Below the pieces are notes generated by a model that made no database searches, was not told the DNA's origin, and saw nothing but the letters and a program-made list of their open reading frames with translations. Positions 56,699-64,000 of a stretch of 64,000 bases of DNA are shown here, in pieces. A program made the position numbers and the translations under genes. Each line of letters opens with the position of its first letter. Within the stretch, counting starts at the first letter, position 1. This DNA comes from Eledone cirrhosa (taxonomy: Eukaryota), in NCBI GenBank assembly GCA_964016885.1, contig OZ024742.1:10292001-10356000 (forward strand), read 5' to 3'.

Positions 56699-56702
<4 letters not shown>
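56650..56702 (+). mobile_element. Family B fragment
   Basis: gtcgaaacagctggagatcagccgtcgggggtcctgacttttttcc between TA tracts. Confidence 0.6.
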
Positions 56703-56744
<42 letters not shown>

Positions 56745-56870
56745 TAATTTTTCATGTGACAATACATAAGTCATTTCATATAGCGTCACGTTCCATTGAA
56801 CCAATTGTTAAACTTTACACAAAACATTATTCTCGTTATCTTTCCATATTTACTGTACATTGATATCCAC

Positions 56871-56941
<71 letters not shown>

Positions 56942-56954
56942 TATATTATATTTT

Positions 56955-57165
56955 GAGAATAAACTCTCAGTCGTTTACAATAATCCAGCTCCAAGAAAAG
57001 GGGCATTTCCGAGCAGTTAAATACATTAAAATATATGATAAACACAAAACGTGTTTGCATTGTAACAGACAAAGTTAGCTATTAATGAAATAATTAGTTT
57101 ATTTCATTAATAGCTAACTTTGTCTGTTACAATGCAAACACGTTTTGTGTTTATCATATATTTTA

Positions 57166-57171
<6 letters not shown>
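56955..57171. mobile_element. TA-flanked fold-back element family G, perfect 73-bp arms
   Basis: Arms 57021-57093 / 57099-57171, loop ttagt, unique extension on the left. Confidence 0.7.
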
Positions 57172-57211
<40 letters not shown>

Positions 57212-57355
57212 TAATAATAATAAATGTGAAGACTAAAATCCAAAGAGGGCACGATAAGGTAAATATATAAGAACCCTGGAGCAAATATTTATTAAAATAA
57301 CAGATTAAAAGTTTTAGTAAAGAATCGTTGATTTCACCCTTAACGGGATGTTCTA

Positions 57356-57409
<54 letters not shown>

Positions 57410-57575
57410 GAGTGTCTGGATGTATTTATTTGTAATGAGGACTTGCTGTGTCCCTGCTTGTGTGTTTAGGTGTGCCTAAATATATAGTAATAATAAAATT
57501 GAAGACTAAAATCCAAAGAGGGCTCGATAAGGAAAATATATATCAAATATATAAGAACCGTAATCTGTTATTTTA

Positions 57576-57621
<46 letters not shown>

Positions 57622-58140
57622 TCATGAACCTCTCAAATCTTCATTCCTCGGCTATCCTCGTTACGTCCGGCACATTATTTTATAGTTATATGTATAAAAC
57701 TATAAATTAATTGTTCTAAATATCTCCTCCTTCTACATATCTCAACGAATTGTTCATATATACATTATACACTTATATTCGAACTAATGTCTCTGTTTGT
57801 TGTAGTCACAATTATTAGGTCCTGGTCTCCATCCTACTTCGTGGCATCTTGTCATGAACTACTACCAAAGGTCAAACCATGTCTTTTATGAAATTGGGTA
57901 GACAGAAATTAAGATCTTGAGAAGGCCTTAACACTGAAGAGATTGTGGTATCCTGATATACTCTACTTTAAAAAATATGGGCTCCTTTTTTTATTTTTGA
58001 GACACTAAGCATGTGTTTATTTCGTTAGTCCCAGGCTATGACACTGTATGAGATGGTGGATGTAAGGAGTGGAAATAATGTATCTAATTATCCCATATCT
58101 CATAGTTACATACAACAATTCGTCAGCGTTTTAAAAAACC

Positions 58141-58385
58141 TGGCAGAGCCCATCTCCTCTCTAGTCCTGAACACAGCCAATTTCTTCCAGAGAAGGAGAG
58201 GCAATGAAAGAATGAGTAAGAGATATAGAGGAAGAATTGACCACAATACTAGACTTGTACTTTCTATCGACCTCGAAAGTATGAAAGGCAAAGATAACTT
58301 TGGTAAGATTTGAAATGAGAGCCCAGACAGCCGGATCTAATACCGCAAGGTATCCTATCCGATATTCTAACAATTCTGCCAATTT
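58141..58385. mobile_element. Old dispersed repeat with reverse SINE-like 3' half (related copies about 13485-13680 and 26089-26245)
   Basis: Shared tggcag..cc...atttcttccagagaagga followed by tatcgacc...atgaaa. Confidence 0.55.
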
Positions 58386-58559
58386 GCCGTATATTCAAAG
58401 GAGGATTAAGTTATAGTAATTTCTGCGGAAATGAAAACTGGGTGAGGAGGTTATTTAGTAAGTTTAGTAAGGACTGACATCCATGAATGTGTCATACACA
58501 GCACAACATATAAACATGATACCATTGTTGCTGTTGTTTAGTCCCAAACCTGATGGCAG

Positions 58560-58880
58560 CATCTGTGAATGGTAAGGGGTTTACTTTGCAGTAATTAGGA
58601 CCTGGGTTCGATACCACGGCATGGCATCATAGACAGGTTTTATTTACCACACCGTCGGACCCACCCAAACCTCGGAGTCCTATCCCATGGCATGATATCA
58701 TAAGCAGACGTTATTTACCGCAGCCTCGGGGTTCGATCCCACGACATGGCATCATAGACAGGCGTTATTTACCGCAGCCTCGGGGTTCGATCCCACGACA
58801 TGGCATCATAGACAGGCGTTATTTACCGCAGCCTCAGATCCACTTCACCCTTATAAGTGAAATTGGGTTGAAGGAAACTT
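58560..58880 (+). mobile_element. Degenerate tRNA SINE with internal 54-bp tandem duplication containing the B box
   Basis: Unit cctcggggttcgatcccacgacatggcatcatagacaggcgttatttaccgcag at 58724 and 58778. Diverged units at about 58601 and 58670. Confidence 0.7.
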
Positions 58881-59263
58881 ATTTGGAAATAAGTCGGATA
58901 AACTGGAACTGATGAGCAAGCTGTTCTATTGAATGAACAATTGGAACACACTCCGTTGAAATCGACGGAGACCCATAGTTTAACCCATGTAAAGTAAATC
59001 CCGGCGGAAGTGAGAAATGAATGAAGAGGTTATTTAGTAAGTTCTGGTATCCGTGTGAACCCAACACTTCTATGATTTGGTCTGTACTACGCCATTGCAT
59101 TTCTGGAACACATTGTAGAATATGTCAATCCCTTTTCAAAACGACGGTGTAATTTTATGGAGAGTTGGGTGCTATTTCTAGCAGGGTTGGTGACTACGTA
59201 GAGGATATCTCGTTGGATCGGCAATCAGAAAACGTTAACACACACACATACACACACACACAC

Positions 59264-59293
<30 letters not shown>

Positions 59294-59294
<1 letters not shown>

Positions 59295-59433
59295 CCGATG
59301 AGTACCGGGAGGTGACCATAGTTATTAGAAAAGGTACTCAATACGTTATAAATAACGATACCGACAAATTCTATTTGACTTTCCCGATGATTTCATACGA
59401 AGGAAACAGTTCTTATCCTGTAGAAGTCACTTC
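59294..59433. mobile_element. Family A element
   Basis: aaggtactcaatac, then gactttc-ccgatga-tttc atac gaag-gaaa-cag ttcttatc ctg-ta-gaagtc. Confidence 0.7.
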
Positions 59434-59451
59434 TATATAAAATAATATATA

Positions 59452-59643
59452 TAATTGTTTCTACATTTGGCAGAAGGCCAGTAATTACCCAGTGCATTAC
59501 TGGTACTTTATTTTATCGACCCCGTTAGGATGAAAAGCAAAGTTAACCTCGGCGGGATTTGAACTCAGAATGGAAAGGACCGTAACTCTATGATGGAAAG
59601 CATGGCGTCCGACCCTCTACCGATATTGCCAATCCACCACCCT
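59452..59643 (-). mobile_element. Dominant SINE, full length
   Basis: Reverse-complement A/B boxes and core. Confidence 0.9.
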
Positions 59644-60532
59644 ATATAATATATATATAATAGATATAATAAATATATAATATATATAATAGATATAATA
59701 GGTGTAAATCGAATTTGTAGCCGCAATATAGCAGATACCAATCGAATTGTTTGAGGCAGTCATAAAGAACTCAATGGTGTGACAAGTTAATATATTTTTG
59801 TCGAGAGTCTAGTGAAGTGTGACTCCAAGAAATAAAGCAATGAAATGCAGGAGGCCATAGTTTGTACCACAACAACGATATAAACAGGTCAAATATGTAT
59901 CCACATAAACAACGGTGTACAATTGAACGAACGCGTCTGTGTGGGTACTCGAACTGCTAGAAATAGCAGTCAAATCGCCTTCTAGCTCTATCCTAACATC
60001 TGAAATGTTCAGCTTAATTTTTGTCACCCGGTTTAATGCCTCCCTCCCACCCCGGCTTTTGTCGTAACCTATCTATTATTTACAACCATTTTAGATAGAT
60101 GTTTAAGGCGAGATCCCGCACTTCTTATAAGCTGCTTTGGAGACCCTGAAGAATGCAATTAAAAGTGGAAGAGCTGCAACCATTGTAAGGGGAGTGGGAG
60201 AGGAAACAAATAAAAAATGACGAAATGGTCACGGCAGGAACGTATACGGTAATAGGTTTGCTCAATCAGATTTTATCTAACGCCAACAACAGTTAACCAC
60301 ACATATATCCTGTGGGGATTAGATGACCGCCCCCCCCCCCCCACAATACATCGTGTGCCACTACGGTATCACTACGACTCTATCAGGAGCTAGATGATCA
60401 CACGTAAACCTTCACTGCCAAACATTTCGTTGAGGCAGTGTTCTGTAATAGTTTTGGCCGAGATACTGTGGATTGGGATTGAACTCCGAACCATCTGATT
60501 AAGTAACGAACCCCTTCTGCATACACACACAC

Positions 60533-60585
<53 letters not shown>

Positions 60586-61554
60586 AATAGATTGTAACTG
60601 AAACCTACCTAATTACATTATATATATAATTGGTGTGTTGTATCAAGGCCACAACAGGATATTCAAATAATAAAATATAATTTAAATAAAACAATAACCT
60701 CCTCAATTAGTTGTTCCGTCATATCCTGTTACAGTTGGAGCGATAAATATCTCACAACATACCATCTTTTTTACTCAATACCAAAACCATATTTTTATAG
60801 TTATGGAAGACCTGCAAGTGGGGTGCGGGTGGAAGGTCGATTATATCGAACTCTGTTCTTGATTGGTTCTTCATTTATCAACCTCGGAAGGATGAAAGGG
60901 AATATAATACTCGGTAGGATTTGAACTCAAAACCTAAAGATCCGGAAAAAATAATGCTCGGCATTTCCTGCGTTGAAAGATTCGTTAAATGAAAATACAC
61001 CCGTTTTCGTTTTCATGTGAAATATTATGATGAAATATACTGGGTAAAACATTGTTTTTATAAAGAGCAGTGTGTGCAAAGTTGTCATGAAATAACTTAT
61101 AAAATAAGGTGAATACCCATAAAGATGGAAAAACTAGTTGCCATCTGCCGCTTTGTTTTATTTGTCATCTGTTACTACAATACCATATATATACGGAAGA
61201 TATATATATATACCCAACTCCGCACGTCCCCTCACCCCCACCTCCCCTGACCCTTACCCATCCACACGCACACACACACGGAGTTACACCCCACACCATG
61301 TACACACTGGTTTCCCTATTACCCGAACATGGAACTCGTTTTTCCCCAAACTCTCACAATCACATCCACACATACACACGCACACACACACCAAATTCTG
61401 CCCTCCCCACTCCCCCCCCGTCTCCCTCTCCCCTCACCCTCCACCCACCCCACACCCATTCACCACTTGTTTCATTTTAATTTTTTACCCTCCTTTTAAC
61501 CCCCCCCTCATGTTAAGCCCCCCCCCCCCCCCCCCTCACAGAATCGGAACTCTT

Positions 61555-61682
61555 TTCCTACCCACTTTTCCCCTGATGAAAGGCTTATGCCCGAAACATC
61601 GTGCCCCATCCCCCACTCTCAAGCGTGAACCAAATACTAACACTTTGTACTGCACTCTTCGATTTGTTTTTGTTCTCTGTTT

Positions 61683-61690
<8 letters not shown>
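61555..61690 (+). mobile_element. Family J-like remnant
   Basis: CTGATGA(61573)-aaggc ttat gccc-GAAAc, then tcaagcgt...actaa, then (TA)n. Confidence 0.5.
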
Positions 61691-61719
<29 letters not shown>

Positions 61720-61721
<2 letters not shown>

Positions 61722-61879
61722 CGAAGGAATTGTGGTAATGAACCAGGTGGACCATAACGCACCAGAGTACTCAATACTTAGTGTAGTAGAGTGGGTAATA
61801 GGAACAAGTATGACCCCGACGGCAGAGCTCAAGCCGTTTCACGGCTTGAGCTCTGTCGTCGGGGTCATACTTGTTCCTT

Positions 61880-61883
<4 letters not shown>
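61720..61883 (-). mobile_element. Family B fold-back element
   Basis: Inverted tail, then arms ggaacaagtatgaccccgacggcagagctcaagccgt / acggcttgagctctgtcgtcggggtcatacttgttcc. Confidence 0.78.
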
Positions 61884-61923
<40 letters not shown>

Positions 61924-62659
61924 TATAGTAATAATAGTAATAATAATAAATGTGAAGACTAAAATCCAGCGATTCTTTGCTTAAACTTTAATCTGTTATT
62001 TTAATATATATCTTCGGCATTGTACCGGCTTTCTGGAGTTCTTATCACTTATATAATATAATACATTGTTTCAAAAAATATGATCCCTTTAACATTCTTC
62101 AACTTGATTCGTATTTATACCTGCAGAGTTGTAAATCTTGCCTAAGGACACAGTACAACGAAGGTTTGAAACACACTCATGAGAGTTGGACGGCAGGTCC
62201 AGCTCTCCTGAGAGTTTATTACCCCTAAATTTGACTAAACGCGAACCCACAATTTTTACAGATATCGTGAACAATTTTGTTTTTTAACCCTCGGCATGCT
62301 TCACTTAACGTTGTGTTGTTGTTGTAGAGTTGAATATCTTGTCTAAGAACACAATACAATGCCGTTCCTTGATCAGATTGGTCAGTACCCAAGATCTTGG
62401 GTAACGACCGGAAGAATATGATCGCGAATACAAGCGCTCAAAATAGGAAAAGATCAGATTTATACCTTTAGTTTTAGTCTTGAAGAAATATATAAAAGAA
62501 ATTAAGCTTTTGAACATCATGTAATATGAGGGTTGAATATCTTGTCTAAGGTCAAATACACACGCATATCCCTATACACACAGACCTATATACAGATCAC
62601 AACAAAATGCATTACAGAAGAAATGATATTGCATCTATGATGGAAGCGCTGTCCAACTC

Positions 62660-62932
62660 GTGAATTAACGTGTAAAATGTTGACTATTCCACAGACACGT
62701 GGACCATTAACGTATGTCCTACGTCTGACACATGTGGCATGACTGAATCTTAGATTAGCTTCAATCCATCCAATGGGCTTCCACACAGTTTCCGTCTACA
62801 CAATGTCACTGAAGCGTGATGGGATAACGATGCAAGGCACTTGCTGAAGATAATCTCTCGCAATGGAATCGAACTCGGTACTTCGTGATTGCGAAGAGAA
62901 CTTCTGAACCGTTCAGTCAAACCTGCGTCCTA
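62660..62932 (-). mobile_element. Degenerate tRNA-derived SINE
   Basis: ggaatcgaactc (reverse B box), caaggcacttgc, gggcttccacacagtttccgtctac. Confidence 0.55.
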
Positions 62933-63342
62933 ATTACAATACTGTGTTTCTGGATATACTGTCTGTAGAGAAAGAGAGATCGAAGGAGGGGGAGTGAGAG
63001 ATGAAGAGAGGGATGGGGAGAACAGGAGGGGGAAGGAGTGATAGAGGGATGGGGAGAGACATGAGGGGGGGAAGGAGTGATAAAGAGAGGGGTGGGAGAG
63101 ACAGAAGGGGTTGGAAGGCGGTGTTAATCACTCGCCTGGAAATTAACAACAAAAATAGAACCATCTATACTTTATAATTTATGGTTGGCCTGTTGGAAAT
63201 TACAGATTGTTCCTAGATAGATGGGGATGGGGAAGGGGCGAATACTACAACAACAATTTTATTGAATAGATACACATCCTTATTCTCTCGGATAGGAAGC
63301 ACACACACACACACACACATACACACACACACATAGTGGTAA

Positions 63343-63535
63343 TAACTGTTTCTACTTTTGGCACCAGGCCAGCAATTACCCCAGTGCATTACTGGTACTT
63401 TATTTTATCGACCCCGTAAGGATGAAAGGCAAAGTTAATCTCGGCGGGATTTGAACTCAGATCATAAAGGGAGGTAACTCTATGCTTCAAAGCATGGCGC
63501 CCGACCCCCTACCGATACTGCCAATCCACCACCCT
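63343..63535 (-). mobile_element. Dominant SINE, full length, same subfamily as 1731
   Basis: Shares the diagnostic ggcgccatgctttgaagcatagagttacctccctttatgatctgag...gagattaac with the 1731 copy. Confidence 0.9.
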
Positions 63536-63840
63536 TAGTGGTAATAACGTGGTGGAAATATCAACGGTATACAGCAACCCAAGTCTGTAGGGAGAGTTTT
63601 AAGGTCAGTTACTATAAGGGAGTCATACCATAACGTACGTTTCGTTGAGCTGGGGAACCAACTCTTTAAACGATCCATGTAGTAACTGGCCTTAATTATG
63701 TGTGTGTGTAAGACGGTATCACTTATACATCTTCAGTATAATACATCATGCTGTTATGCACATTTTGTGGAGTGCTTATGTCTGATTACACCTCCATCGG
63801 TCGATTGCTTGATCAACCAGCACTGTTTACTTGGAATATA

Positions 63841-63881
<41 letters not shown>

Positions 63882-64000
63882 CTTTATTCCGCTTGAAAAA
63901 AAAAATATAGATTCATAGACGCTGCATTTTATTCTGACTATCAGACAAAAAAAATGTTTTATTGAAGACAAAACTTAAATGCCTCATACCCCCCCCCCCT

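Noticed and set aside
62386-62403. Perfect 18-bp palindrome tacccaagatcttgggta
   Set aside because: No hammerhead boxes in a workable arrangement, not TA-flanked and single-copy, so no function can be assigned.

Overview
AT-rich eukaryotic non-coding DNA, most likely an intron or intergenic region of a coleoid cephalopod (Octopus-like). The organism is inferred from the tRNA-derived SINE types, RTE LINE remnants and extreme (TA)n/(CA)n/(TACA)n content. I can support no host protein-coding gene, and nearly all ORFs in the supplied track are microsatellite artefacts. The window holds about 20 copies of one tRNA-derived SINE, several CORE-type SINEs, five LINE 3' fragments (three RTE-like, one CR1/L2-group, one CRE-like), a hAT MITE with TSD and many minisatellites, two of them built from dyads. 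The strongest signal is a set of about 10 families of short (100-400 bp) elements sitting in or beside (TA)n tracts. Several carry complete minimal type I hammerhead ribozyme folds (CUGAUGA / GAAA / UH, palindromic stem III, stems that covary between copies). Many are fold-back inverted repeats that appear to form separately at each insertion, and several families share a GAGTRC motif near the 3' end. These are best read as Penelope-like retroelement pseudo-LTR remnants or non-autonomous derivatives. Coordinates were counted by eye and may be off by a few bases.
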